Part shown: in pieces, positions 47,079-57,428 of the stretch
Layout: each line of letters starts with the position of its first letter
Position numbering within the stretch: the first letter of the stretch is position 1
Origin: a virus
Virus record (IMG/VR): IMGVR_UViG_3300048033_001096
Coordinates: 64,001 to 128,000 of that record
DNA: 64,000 nt
Direction: 5' to 3' (one strand)
Notes under the pieces: model-generated
Told to the model about the DNA's origin: nothing
Databases searched by the model: none
The model's input: only the letters and a program-made list of their open reading frames with translations
Translations under genes and position numbers: made by a program

Positions 47079-50000
47079 GTGGCACAAGTAGGTAGAATAT
47101 CCGGACCATTACTAACAGAAAATCTAGAACGCAATGGTATAGATTTAGCATTTCGTAATGATTTAAACACAACCCAATTATTATATTTTGATGTTAATAA
47201 CGGTAGAATTGCCGTTAATCATGATGTGCCGTCATACGAGTTAGATGTTATTGGGACTACCCAAACAACTAATTTAATTTCAAATTTTTCTAACGTTGCT
47301 GGCTATACTATTTCTAACTCGACTTTAAGTACGATAGGAAACTTAAATCTTAATGCAGCAGAAGCTATTGTTATGGCTAATATGGAAAATGGAACCATCC
47401 GTATTAGTGATAATACTATTAGCACTATAATTTCAAACGCAAATATTGATTTAACTCCTAACGGAACTGGAACTACTGAAGTAATCAATGACTTGAATGT
47501 GTTTGGCAACATTTACACACCAGGAAATATTACATTCGATGGCACAATTACTTTAGGCGATGCAGATACAGACGATGTAACTTTTGAAACAGATGTAAAC
47601 AGTGATATCATACCGGATCAAAATAATACTTATGCTTTAGGTGCTGAAGACAGGCGCTGGGCAACTCTTTACACAAATCTAGTTAACGGTAGATCAGCAA
47701 GTGTTGACGGCTATATTCTTAATGAAGTCGATCTTTTAACTAGACACGGCGGAATTATATATGTTGCACAAGAAGGCGATGACGCACACAGCGGCGACCA
47801 TATTTTAGATCCTCTAGCAACTATTTCTGAAGCACTTTCTCGTGCAGAAGCAAGTGGTGATCAGCCATTTACAATTTTAGTAGCAGCAGGCGATTATCAA
47901 GAAGCACTTCCGTTAGTAGTACCTAACAATGTTAGTGTTATTGGACAAGATATACGTAATACTGTAATTACACCAGATACTAGCAGTCAAAGCGAAGATG
48001 TATTTCACCTAAACGATAAAACATTAATTGCAAATTTAACTATTAAAAATCATTACTATGATAGTGTAAATAACACAGGTTACGCTTTCCGTTTTGCACC
48101 AGATGCAATAATGACTGAGCGTTCACCGTATATTCAAAACATAACAGTAATAACAAGTGAAACAAGCGACGGAGACGGAGATGCAGGACGCGGTGCGTGG
48201 ATCGACGGTGACGAGTTAAATGCAGCAACAGTGAATAAAACAATGCTGTTCCATAGTTGTACTTTTATATCTCCAGGCGCTGATGTAATTAATATGACAA
48301 ACGATGTTAGAGTAGAATGGCTCAACTCGTTTACATATTATGCTAATAGAGGATTATATGCATTTGCTGGAGTAAGTGGCGGCGCAGAACTACGTTCAAT
48401 TGGCTCAGCCAACGTATACGGTACATATGGTGCTGTAGCAGACGGTGCTGACACATTAATGTATCTAATACAACACAATTTTGGGTATATTGGTGCAGGT
48501 AATAAAAGCGACAATAATCAAGAAGATGCAATACAAGCAAATGAAGTTGTTGAATTAAATTCAGGACAAATACATTTTGTTAGTACAGACCAAAAAGGCA
48601 ACTTTAGAGTTGGAGACAATTTCTTTGTAGATTTAGAATCAGGAAATTCTAGTATTAATATTGATACTGCTGATATTGAAACTTTAACAGGACTAATTAT
48701 AAACACTCCTACCGGAACAACGGTTATTGATGCGTCTTATATTACTACAGGAAATATAAGAATTTCAGATAATGAAATTCTTAGTTTTGTAGGAGATTTA
48801 AATTTAGAAGGTGCTACTAATACTATTAATATTAGTAGTAATACTAATGTTAGCGGATCTCTTAATATTATAGATAACTTTAGTTTTGGCGGCACGTTAA
48901 ACATTGCAGGAGATCAACCTGGGCGAGACACAGCTTCAGATAGGTTAATATTCAATGTTCAATTCGAACAAAATTTTAATCCAAACTTACATTTAAAATA
49001 TAGTTTAGGAGAAGTTCAACGACCGTGGCTCAATGCTTGGTTAAACAGGTTAGAAGTAGGAGACATTACTGTTGATGAAAACTATATTACTACTGATGTA
49101 TCGAATGCAGATTTAGAACTACTTGCAAACGGCACTGGTATAATTAATATTCCAAACAACAATTTTGTAATTGACAATGCTCTATCAGTAAGCGGAACTA
49201 CTAGTTTACAGGATGTTCCACTTACAGGAACTTTAACTCAAACAGACGATTTTAGTATTACAGGAAATCTATTTACTACAAATGTTAATATTACAGGTAA
49301 TTTAACTGCATTGTCACAACAACAATTTGAAGAAATACGGTTCGACGGCAATGTAATTACAACTACTACCTCTGATAGTAATTTAGAATTACGTGCTAGC
49401 GGGATTGGTCAAATATTATTACCTAATAATAGTGTACAAAATAATAACAATCTAAGTGCAGATAATATCTTTAACAATAGTAATATTAATATTACTTTAC
49501 AAACAGAATTTGGAAGTGCTACTGTAAGCGACATTAATATTATAGGAAATTATATTTCTACAAATAATAGCAATGCAGATTTAGAATTACGAGCCAACGG
49601 AACTGGTATTATTAGTGTTAACAATAATGTTAATATAGACAACAACTTAACTATTGGATCTAAAACATTTTTACAAGATGGTAATACAACATACGAATAT
49701 GGTCCTGAGCTAGTAACTAACGGAACTTTTGATAGTAACTTAAATGGTTGGGCACAATCAGGCGGAGGTACTGCTACTGCTACTAGCGGAAATTTAAGAA
49801 TTAATTCAACAGGTGCAGCAAGAAACGTTTCTCAAGAAATTGCAGTAGTGCCGGGTAAAACATATGACTTTGAAGCACAATTTAGAAGCGTATCTAATGG
49901 AAATCCTTTTTATCTAAGAATATTTGAATCAGGAGTAGGTACATTACAGGAGTGGAACGAAACTACAGGTCTAGTACCAGATCAACTTTTAACTTTTAGC

Positions 50001-52049
50001 TTTGTACCGCAAACTACATCAATTGATATTATTTTTCGTTCAGTAGATAATGTTATTGAATGGGATAACATATCTGCATTTGAGGATATTGGATTTGTTA
50101 CTGCATTTACGCCTGTCGAAGTTGATGTAACAGATATTACACAAACAGGAAATACTGTTAAAACCGGTGATATTGTACAAACAGGTAATACTGAAATTTT
50201 TGGAAACTTTACAGCAAATAATGATTTTTTCGGACCAGTAATTGATATTGACAATAACAAAATTATTAATACTCAAGAAGGTCTAAGAATGTCAACTAAT
50301 TCTAGCGATGAATTTTCATTGCCAGAAATTGTAAAAGCTATTGTTAATGGTGCAACAGTTAATGACTATACTAATCAGCAAGAAAAAAATCTAGTAAACT
50401 TTTTAATAGATAATAATTATGTTGATGTTAATCAAAGCGGAACACTTACAACTACAGATTATATCGCTTGGCTACAATATATAGTAAACGGATCAACTCC
50501 GGATGATAATTTTAATAATTTTTTAAAGCCAATTATTGATGAAATAATTGCTTTAGAATATGAAACTCCAGGGTATTTTAATTTTATTTTATTCTTTGGT
50601 GATTACAATAATCCTAATTTAGAATTACGTGCTAACAGTTCGGGTCAAGTATTATTTCCAAACAATAACATCTTAATACAACAAAATTTATTCGCTTCAA
50701 GAATTATAGCACAAGACATTAATGTTGGAAGAGATTTAAATCTTAATGAAATTGTTATAACCGACAGTATAATAGAACTTGATGATAATTTTATTAGTAC
50801 AACAATTTCTAATGAAAATTTAGAATTAAGGGCTAGTGAAAATAGGAATGTTACAACAAGTAATTTTTTAACTGTTAATAATACTCTAACAGTTAACAAT
50901 AACAGTACAATTAAGAATTTAGATATTTTGGGAAATGTTATACAGACAGGGGACCGAAATCAAAATGGAAATTTAGCTGTTATAGGTAATGTAACAGTTA
51001 GTTCAACAAATATTGAAAGTGAAATACAATTTGACAATATTCTATTTAATGACAACTATATTACAACAACTGATTCGAATAGTAATTTAGAGTTAACAGC
51101 TAATGGATCAGGCGTTATTGATATAAATGGAACTATTAATATTGATAACAATTTAGATGTTTTTGCAATAAATTCAGACGATATTAATAATTCATTAAAC
51201 TTAGATTTTAAAAATGCCTTGATAAGTTCAAATATTGAAATATTTGATAATGTTATTAGGACTACTGAAAGTAATTCTAATTTAGAATTAAGAACTTCTG
51301 ACACTAGTAACATAAAATTATCAAATTTATATTTTAATTTAGACACAATGTCTACACTAACGGATAATATTGTTATAACTAAAGACACGGTTCTTACGTC
51401 AAATAATAGTTTACAACTTCCAATCGGCACAATTATTGATAGACAAAATACACCTGGTGGGTTACGATTTAATAGTGATACACAAGCATTTGAAGGGTAT
51501 TATCAAAGTAATATTTCTTTAGGAGGAGTGTATTCCGACGATAGAAGAACTAGTATTACTGCACATCCTACTAATAATACATTAATAGGTAGAACAAATA
51601 ATGTTCAACGAATTGTTATCAACGATACATCTTTAAGAACACACGGATTGCAAGTTGACGATATATCAATACAAAATAATTTTATTAGTACAAATGTTTC
51701 TAATGCTGATTTAGATTTAAAAGCAGACGGCACAGGAAAATTAATCTTAGACGACATTACAATTACAAATCAAACTATACTTAATAATTCTAATTCTGCT
51801 ATTATTGTTAAAAATAATTTATACGGCAAAGCTAAGATTGCAGGTAATGCTGTTAAAATTCCATCTGGTACTGACGCTGAGCAACCGCCCTTTACTCCTG
51901 AAATTGGTATGACAAGATGGAATACTGAAAACAATATTCTTGAAGCGTGGGATGGAAGTACATTCATAAGTGCAGCTGGTACTAGTGCATCTATCAGTGC
52001 AGAAGAAATGGACGATCTTATTTTAGAATACACTCTAATCTTTGGGTAA
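47079..52049 (+). CDS. Large repeat-rich fibre-like virion protein A (1656 aa)
   Basis: N-terminus VGRISGPLL..NL.RNGIDLAF; beta-helix-like domain (IYVAQEGDD...SPYIQNIT); many 'N.I.T..SN..LELRA.G.G' repeats; inserted CBM-like and dockerin-like segments. Confidence 0.75.
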   Translation: MAQVGRISGPLLTENLERNGIDLAFRNDLNTTQLLYFDVNNGRIAVNHDVPSYELDVIGTTQTTNLISNFSNVAGYTISNSTLSTIGNLNLNAAEAIVMANMENGTIRISDNTISTIISNANIDLTPNGTGTTEVINDLNVFGNIYTPGNITFDGTITLGDADTDDVTFETDVNSDIIPDQNNTYALGAEDRRWATLYTNLVNGRSASVDGYILNEVDLLTRHGGIIYVAQEGDDAHSGDHILDPLATISEALSRAEASGDQPFTILVAAGDYQEALPLVVPNNVSVIGQDIRNTVITPDTSSQSEDVFHLNDKTLIANLTIKNHYYDSVNNTGYAFRFAPDAIMTERSPYIQNITVITSETSDGDGDAGRGAWIDGDELNAATVNKTMLFHSCTFISPGADVINMTNDVRVEWLNSFTYYANRGLYAFAGVSGGAELRSIGSANVYGTYGAVADGADTLMYLIQHNFGYIGAGNKSDNNQEDAIQANEVVELNSGQIHFVSTDQKGNFRVGDNFFVDLESGNSSINIDTADIETLTGLIINTPTGTTVIDASYITTGNIRISDNEILSFVGDLNLEGATNTINISSNTNVSGSLNIIDNFSFGGTLNIAGDQPGRDTASDRLIFNVQFEQNFNPNLHLKYSLGEVQRPWLNAWLNRLEVGDITVDENYITTDVSNADLELLANGTGIINIPNNNFVIDNALSVSGTTSLQDVPLTGTLTQTDDFSITGNLFTTNVNITGNLTALSQQQFEEIRFDGNVITTTTSDSNLELRASGIGQILLPNNSVQNNNNLSADNIFNNSNINITLQTEFGSATVSDINIIGNYISTNNSNADLELRANGTGIISVNNNVNIDNNLTIGSKTFLQDGNTTYEYGPELVTNGTFDSNLNGWAQSGGGTATATSGNLRINSTGAARNVSQEIAVVPGKTYDFEAQFRSVSNGNPFYLRIFESGVGTLQEWNETTGLVPDQLLTFSFVPQTTSIDIIFRSVDNVIEWDNISAFEDIGFVTAFTPVEVDVTDITQTGNTVKTGDIVQTGNTEIFGNFTANNDFFGPVIDIDNNKIINTQEGLRMSTNSSDEFSLPEIVKAIVNGATVNDYTNQQEKNLVNFLIDNNYVDVNQSGTLTTTDYIAWLQYIVNGSTPDDNFNNFLKPIIDEIIALEYETPGYFNFILFFGDYNNPNLELRANSSGQVLFPNNNILIQQNLFASRIIAQDINVGRDLNLNEIVITDSIIELDDNFISTTISNENLELRASENRNVTTSNFLTVNNTLTVNNNSTIKNLDILGNVIQTGDRNQNGNLAVIGNVTVSSTNIESEIQFDNILFNDNYITTTDSNSNLELTANGSGVIDINGTINIDNNLDVFAINSDDINNSLNLDFKNALISSNIEIFDNVIRTTESNSNLELRTSDTSNIKLSNLYFNLDTMSTLTDNIVITKDTVLTSNNSLQLPIGTIIDRQNTPGGLRFNSDTQAFEGYYQSNISLGGVYSDDRRTSITAHPTNNTLIGRTNNVQRIVINDTSLRTHGLQVDDISIQNNFISTNVSNADLDLKADGTGKLILDDITITNQTILNNSNSAIIVKNNLYGKAKIAGNAVKIPSGTDAEQPPFTPEIGMTRWNTENNILEAWDGSTFISAAGTSASISAEEMDDLILEYTLIFG

Positions 52050-52071
52050 TCAACCTATTTTTTAATTAATC

Positions 52072-52194
52072 GATAAATACTATTAATGCAAAGTATGACC
52101 AATACTTGCAGGGTCAAACTGTGGTTAGCCAGCAAAGAACCTTAGGGGTGAAAATTCGGCTAGAGGGACAGGATCCCCGTATTGAGGAGAAAAG
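52072..52194 (+). promoter_or_regulatory. Late promoter (GATAAATA) and ~110-nt structured, pseudoknotted 5' leader
   Basis: Promoter at 52072-52079; three stems plus a loop/downstream TGACC-GGTCA pairing; GAGGAG SD. Confidence 0.65.
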
Positions 52195-55100
52195 ATGGCT
52201 GTTGGTCGCATATCCGGTCCGCTCTTAAAGTCCAATCTCATTCGTAATGGGATTGATCTAGCTTTTGAGACGGATCTACTATATCTAGATGTTAATAATC
52301 AGCACATCGGCATCAAGAATGCAACACCTCAATACGAGTTAGATGTCCTTGGAACCACTAAAACTACAGATTTAATTGTTACTAATAGAGCAGACTTAGC
52401 AGATATTACTGTTGAAGGTAATACTATTAGTACTACTCAACCTTATCTTAACCTTGCAACACTTGATACCGTAGTTGCACTTAATAAAATTAGAATTGAC
52501 AGCATTGATATTGAAGGCAATGCTATCACAACAAACGATTCAAACGCAAACCTAGAATTTCGTCCAAATGGCACTGGCAGTGTAGATATACACAGTGATT
52601 TAAATGTTGACGGAAATATTTACGCAAGTGGTAATATTACAGCAGACGGAAATATTACACTAGGTGATGCAGATACAGACAATGTTATCTTTAATGCAGA
52701 TGTTGCATCAAACATTATTCCAGATATTGACGATAGATATACATTAGGTAGTGACCCAGACGCTGGTGGAAAACAATGGAATGATGTATGGGTTAACAAC
52801 CTACGTGCATCTAGTCTTATTGTTAGTGAAGAATTAGATGTTGGTGATATTGATTTTACACTAGTACACGGTAACACATACTATGTTGCAGTAAACGGTG
52901 ACGATGCAAACGTCGGAGATCACTTCTTTGATCCATTTGCAAGTGTAAAGCATGCACTAAGCGTAGCAGTTGTAGGCGACACTATTCTTATTAGTCCAGG
53001 TGTTTATACAGAAGAATTTCCATTAACAATTCCAGCAGGTGTTACAGTTAAAGGCGAAGGAATTCGTTCTGTAACAATAGAACCAACCTTAGCTACAAAT
53101 ACAAACAATGCATTTTTGCTTAATGGCGAAACAACAGTTGAAGAATTAACAGTTAAAGGATTTTATAGTCCAGGATACGCATTTAGTTATGCACCAGGTT
53201 ACACAGCAACAAGTCGCTCACCGTATATTAGAAACATTACAGTAATTACAGAAGGTAGCACAACAACAGCAGAAGATCCAAGAGGATTTAATGCAGGCGA
53301 TGCAGGTAAAGGTGTGTTTTTAGATGGCGCAGTAGCAACAAGCACATCAGTTAACACAGCATTACTATTCCACTCAGTAACATTTATTACTCCAGGTGTT
53401 GATGCAGTAACTCTTACAAATGGTGCTAGAGTTGAGTGGCTAAACAGCTTTACATACTTTGCTAATCGTAGTATGTATGCATATGACAGTACACAAGGGC
53501 GTAGAGGCGCTGGTAAAACTAAGTTAACACTAAGTGGTATTACAGGAACCTTTACTCCAGGCAACACACTTACAATTACTTCAGCAGATGCATCAACTGT
53601 ATTAGTAGGAACAATTGATAGTGTTGACGGTAATGATGTTTACGTTAGTAGCTATTTAGATTTTGACGGTTTTGATTTAACACCACAGAGTATTACAGAT
53701 GGCACAGCAACAGCAACTACAATTGATAGTTTTGATTTAAGAGAGTTTGGTGCTGAAGTTAGACTTATTGCAAGTGCAAGTGTCTATGGTAACTTTGGGC
53801 TTGTAGGCCAAGGCCCGGGTGTTATTATGTATGCCATTGGACACAACTTGGCATACATTGGTAACGGAAAAGAAGTTACAAACGATCCAAATACAGTTGT
53901 ACAGGCAAACGAAATTGTAGAAACAGAAAGTGCAAAAATACGTTATAACTCAGTTGATCACAAAGGTGATTTTAGAGTAGGCGATTTGTTCTATGTTAAT
54001 CAAGAAACAGGAAGTGTAACATTTGCTGTAAGTGATTTTGAAATTAACACTGAAAACGGTGTAACATTTACTACCGGCAGTGATACTACATTTGTAGATG
54101 GTACGAAAGTTGAAACTGGTGATTGGCGCATTAGCGGAAACACTATTGAGACACTAACACAAGATGCTAACTTTGCAGGCGGAAGTGGAATTATTAATCT
54201 TAATTCGGATGTAAATGTAACTGGTAGTTTAGACGTAACCGGAAATGTTACAATTGGTGGTAATATTACAATCGGCGACGAAGCAACTGATACTATACAG
54301 ATTATAGCAGGAATTGATTCAGACATTATTCCAAAAACTGCAAGTACTTATAGCTTAGGTACTGCAACAAAAACTTGGGCTAATTTGTTTGTTAACGAAA
54401 TTAATGCAGACGATATTACTATTCGTGATAATTTTATCGAAACAACATTATCAAACTCAGATTTAGAACTACGTGCTAACGGAACTGGTAATATTTTAAT
54501 TCCAAGAAACGATGTTGTAATTAATAACGACCTTGATGTTAATGGAACAGCAACACTTGCAAATACAAATATTACAGGAACACTTACACTCCTTGGAGAT
54601 CTTAATCAAACAGGCGATTTTACTGTAACAGGTGATGTTACGGTATCACAGGATTTAGATGTTACTGGATCTGCGCAATTCGAAGAACTACTAGTTGACG
54701 ATAACTTTATAACAACTACAACAAGTAATACTGATCTTGAATTACGTGCTAATGGAACTGGTAATATTTTAATTCCAAACAATGATGTACAAATTACAAA
54801 TGACTTAACTGTTGATAAAGATATTACTTCTAATAATTTAACAACTTCTGGCTTAGTTACTGCTAACAGTTTTACAACTGGCAATATTGTTATTAATGAC
54901 AATTTTATAGAAACTACAGAATCAAATAGTAATTTAGATTTACGTGCTAATGGTACAGGTAATATATATGTGCCGAACAACAATGTAGTAATTGACAATG
55001 ACCTAACTGTAGACGGATCAACAAGTTTACAAGATGTTGATATCCAAGGTACAATTACACAAACTGGTAATACAACACAAACTGGTAATATTAATTTAAC

Positions 55101-56679
55101 TGGTAACTTTGGAATTACTGGCAATATTACTATTTCAGATACAGCACAATTTGAAAATATTAAAATTGAAGATAATTTTATTACAACAACTACAAGCACA
55201 TCGGATTTAGAATTTCGTGCTACAGAATTTGGTGATATTGTTGTTCCTACTAACGATATGGTTGTATCAAATGATTTAATTGTAAGTGGAACAATTACTG
55301 TAGGAGATATTAATTCAGCAGGCACTATTACTGCTAACAGATTTAGCACTGGTGATATATTAATAGACGATAACTTTATTACTACTACTTTAAGTAATTC
55401 GGATCTTGAATTACGTGCTAACGGAACTGGCAAAATATTAATTCCGAGTAATGATTTTGTTATTGATAATAATTTATCTGTTAACGGAAGTACAACATTA
55501 ACTAATACCAATATTATAGGTGATATAACTCATGTTGGTAATGTTACTCAAACTGGCGACATTAATTTAACAGGAAATTTAGATGTTACTGGTGAATTAG
55601 TTATTAGTGCTAGTGTTATACAATTTGAAGACATTCAAGTTTCGGGAAATAAAATTACTACAACAGATAGTAATTCAAATCTTGAATTACGTGCAAACGG
55701 CTCTGGCAAAATTTATATTCCTGAAAATAATGTTGTAATTAATAATGACCTTAATGTTAGCGGAATAATTACAGTAGAAAATATAGTTAGTACTGGAACA
55801 ATAAGTTCTAATAGTTTTAGCACTGGTGATATATTAATAGACGATAACTTTATTACTACTACTTTAAGTAATTCGGATCTTGAATTACGTGCTAACGGAA
55901 CTGGTTCGATTATTATCGACGAATTTGATATTAATGGATCAACAATAACAACTGTAAATGATTTAATATTACAACCAGGCAGCGGCAATGTTATAATAAA
56001 CAGTACAGGGTCTTTAAAAATTCCAACTGGTGATACTAGCCAACGTCCTGTAGGACAAATAGGTCAAGTTAGATTTAATTCGCAACTAGAAAGATTTGAA
56101 GGGTACAACGGAACTAATTGGATTAACTTAAAAGGTGTAGAAGACCTAGATGGTGACACTAAAGTAACTGCCGAACTAACTGAAGGTGCAAATGACGGAA
56201 TAATACGTTTTGATATTCAAGGTTCAACAATTGTAACAATTAATGATACTGAATTAACAGCACCTAAATTAGTAGTTGACGATATACAAATTGACGGAAA
56301 TGTTATTTCAACAACAACTACAGATACAGATTTAATATTATCAGGTAACGGCACCGGAGAAGTAAGATTTAATAGTCTTTCTTTTAAAGGCTCTACAATT
56401 ACTAACACAACTAATAACGGTATTACATTATTTGAAAATACCGGAGACGGTTATGTTAAATTTGATGGGTCGTATGGAGTAGTAATACCGTCAGGTGCAT
56501 CAGGTGATAGACCTCCAGCAGGATTTGTTGAAGTAGGACAAATGCGTTTTAATACAGACGACAGTCGTGTTGAAATTTTTGACGGAAGTAACTGGGTATC
56601 TGTTGCAGGTGCAGGTGCAGGTATTACTCGAGGCGATGCAGAAGAAATTGCACTTGCAACAGTATTGGTATTAGGATAA
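52195..56679 (+). CDS. Large repeat-rich fibre-like virion protein B (1494 aa), paralog of protein A
   Basis: Same N-terminus, same beta-helix-like domain (YYVAVNGDD...SPYIRNIT, RVEWLNSFTY.ANR), 'DNFITTT.SN.DLELRANGTG' repeats, similar C-terminus. Confidence 0.78.
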   Translation: MAVGRISGPLLKSNLIRNGIDLAFETDLLYLDVNNQHIGIKNATPQYELDVLGTTKTTDLIVTNRADLADITVEGNTISTTQPYLNLATLDTVVALNKIRIDSIDIEGNAITTNDSNANLEFRPNGTGSVDIHSDLNVDGNIYASGNITADGNITLGDADTDNVIFNADVASNIIPDIDDRYTLGSDPDAGGKQWNDVWVNNLRASSLIVSEELDVGDIDFTLVHGNTYYVAVNGDDANVGDHFFDPFASVKHALSVAVVGDTILISPGVYTEEFPLTIPAGVTVKGEGIRSVTIEPTLATNTNNAFLLNGETTVEELTVKGFYSPGYAFSYAPGYTATSRSPYIRNITVITEGSTTTAEDPRGFNAGDAGKGVFLDGAVATSTSVNTALLFHSVTFITPGVDAVTLTNGARVEWLNSFTYFANRSMYAYDSTQGRRGAGKTKLTLSGITGTFTPGNTLTITSADASTVLVGTIDSVDGNDVYVSSYLDFDGFDLTPQSITDGTATATTIDSFDLREFGAEVRLIASASVYGNFGLVGQGPGVIMYAIGHNLAYIGNGKEVTNDPNTVVQANEIVETESAKIRYNSVDHKGDFRVGDLFYVNQETGSVTFAVSDFEINTENGVTFTTGSDTTFVDGTKVETGDWRISGNTIETLTQDANFAGGSGIINLNSDVNVTGSLDVTGNVTIGGNITIGDEATDTIQIIAGIDSDIIPKTASTYSLGTATKTWANLFVNEINADDITIRDNFIETTLSNSDLELRANGTGNILIPRNDVVINNDLDVNGTATLANTNITGTLTLLGDLNQTGDFTVTGDVTVSQDLDVTGSAQFEELLVDDNFITTTTSNTDLELRANGTGNILIPNNDVQITNDLTVDKDITSNNLTTSGLVTANSFTTGNIVINDNFIETTESNSNLDLRANGTGNIYVPNNNVVIDNDLTVDGSTSLQDVDIQGTITQTGNTTQTGNINLTGNFGITGNITISDTAQFENIKIEDNFITTTTSTSDLEFRATEFGDIVVPTNDMVVSNDLIVSGTITVGDINSAGTITANRFSTGDILIDDNFITTTLSNSDLELRANGTGKILIPSNDFVIDNNLSVNGSTTLTNTNIIGDITHVGNVTQTGDINLTGNLDVTGELVISASVIQFEDIQVSGNKITTTDSNSNLELRANGSGKIYIPENNVVINNDLNVSGIITVENIVSTGTISSNSFSTGDILIDDNFITTTLSNSDLELRANGTGSIIIDEFDINGSTITTVNDLILQPGSGNVIINSTGSLKIPTGDTSQRPVGQIGQVRFNSQLERFEGYNGTNWINLKGVEDLDGDTKVTAELTEGANDGIIRFDIQGSTIVTINDTELTAPKLVVDDIQIDGNVISTTTTDTDLILSGNGTGEVRFNSLSFKGSTITNTTNNGITLFENTGDGYVKFDGSYGVVIPSGASGDRPPAGFVEVGQMRFNTDDSRVEIFDGSNWVSVAGAGAGITRGDAEEIALATVLVLG
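55342..55904 (+). repeat. Exact 89-nt direct repeat within fibre B
   Basis: 55342-55430 equals 55816-55904 (tttagcactggtgat...gctaacggaactgg); offset 474 nt = 158 codons. Confidence 0.9.
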
Positions 56680-56683
56680 AGAT

Positions 56684-57013
56684 ATGGCAACAACATTTAA
56701 AAATAAAGTAGTACCTAGTGTAGGAACAGAAAGAACAGAAGTTCTTGCTACAAATGAAAATGCAAGAGTAACTGTTGTAGGATTTAGTTTAGCAAACACT
56801 ACATCAGGAACAGTACTTGTAGATGTAGAATTACAAGATTCAGATAGTGTATCAGGTTATTACGCTAAAGAAATTGTAGTACCACCTAACTCAAGTTTAA
56901 GAGTTTTAAACGGCGGTGAAAAATTAATTTTAACACCAGAAAATAACCTATATGTAACATCAAATGTTGATGACAGTATTGACATTATTATGAGTACAGT
57001 AGAGATTGTATAA
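56684..57013 (+). CDS. Small virion structural protein (109 aa)
   Basis: 'MATTFKNKV...G...ANTT...VPPNSSL.VL.GGEKLIL' pattern; paralogous to the 115-aa protein. Confidence 0.65.
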   Translation: MATTFKNKVVPSVGTERTEVLATNENARVTVVGFSLANTTSGTVLVDVELQDSDSVSGYYAKEIVVPPNSSLRVLNGGEKLILTPENNLYVTSNVDDSIDIIMSTVEIV

Positions 57014-57023
57014 GGAGAAGTAA

Positions 57024-57398
57024 ATGGCATTTTATGTAGGCGCACAGCCAAGTATAACAGAACTATTAGGGGTTGGACAGCCAAGATACTTTTATGCTTT
57101 AAGAAGAACTGAGGACGGAACTTTATTTTTTGCTAAAATTGATCAGCTAAAAGATGTTGATTCGATTACAGTAAACAATCCTGGACCGTCTAGAGATGAC
57201 TTTACAGAATTTGAATATGGTGTTGACTTCTTTGACGGAAGATTAGAAGAAGACCACAGTCGTCCATTTACAAACTTACAGTGGGATCAATATCGCTGGG
57301 ATAACAAAAACATGTATTATTACGTAAACGATGAGGGCGAACTAGTTGTTAGAATTAATCAAGCATACAATTATTTGCCATCTCAAATAGTCGAATAA
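57024..57398 (+). CDS. Hypothetical virion-associated protein (124 aa)
   Basis: AAGGAG SD; 'RYFYALRRT.DG.L', 'QYRWD...YY.N..GELVVRINQ'; located in the late operon. Confidence 0.6.
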   Translation: MAFYVGAQPSITELLGVGQPRYFYALRRTEDGTLFFAKIDQLKDVDSITVNNPGPSRDDFTEFEYGVDFFDGRLEEDHSRPFTNLQWDQYRWDNKNMYYYVNDEGELVVRINQAYNYLPSQIVE

Positions 57399-57401
57399 AT
57401 A
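57394..57401 (+). promoter_or_regulatory. Late promoter (AATAAATA)
   Basis: Contains the TAA stop of the 124-aa gene; 28 nt upstream of ATG 57429. Confidence 0.55.
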
Positions 57402-57428
57402 TGTAAAAGAATTTAGGAAACCGCATAA

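Noticed and set aside
55342-55904. Diversity-generating retroelement TR/VR pair
   Set aside because: The copies are identical (no adenine-specific differences), both lie in-frame in one gene, and there is no reverse transcriptase in the window.
44756-56696. Many antisense ORFs (up to 301 aa) opposite the fibre genes
   Set aside because: Shadow frames caused by codon bias; they mirror the sense-strand repeats and lack SDs or promoters.
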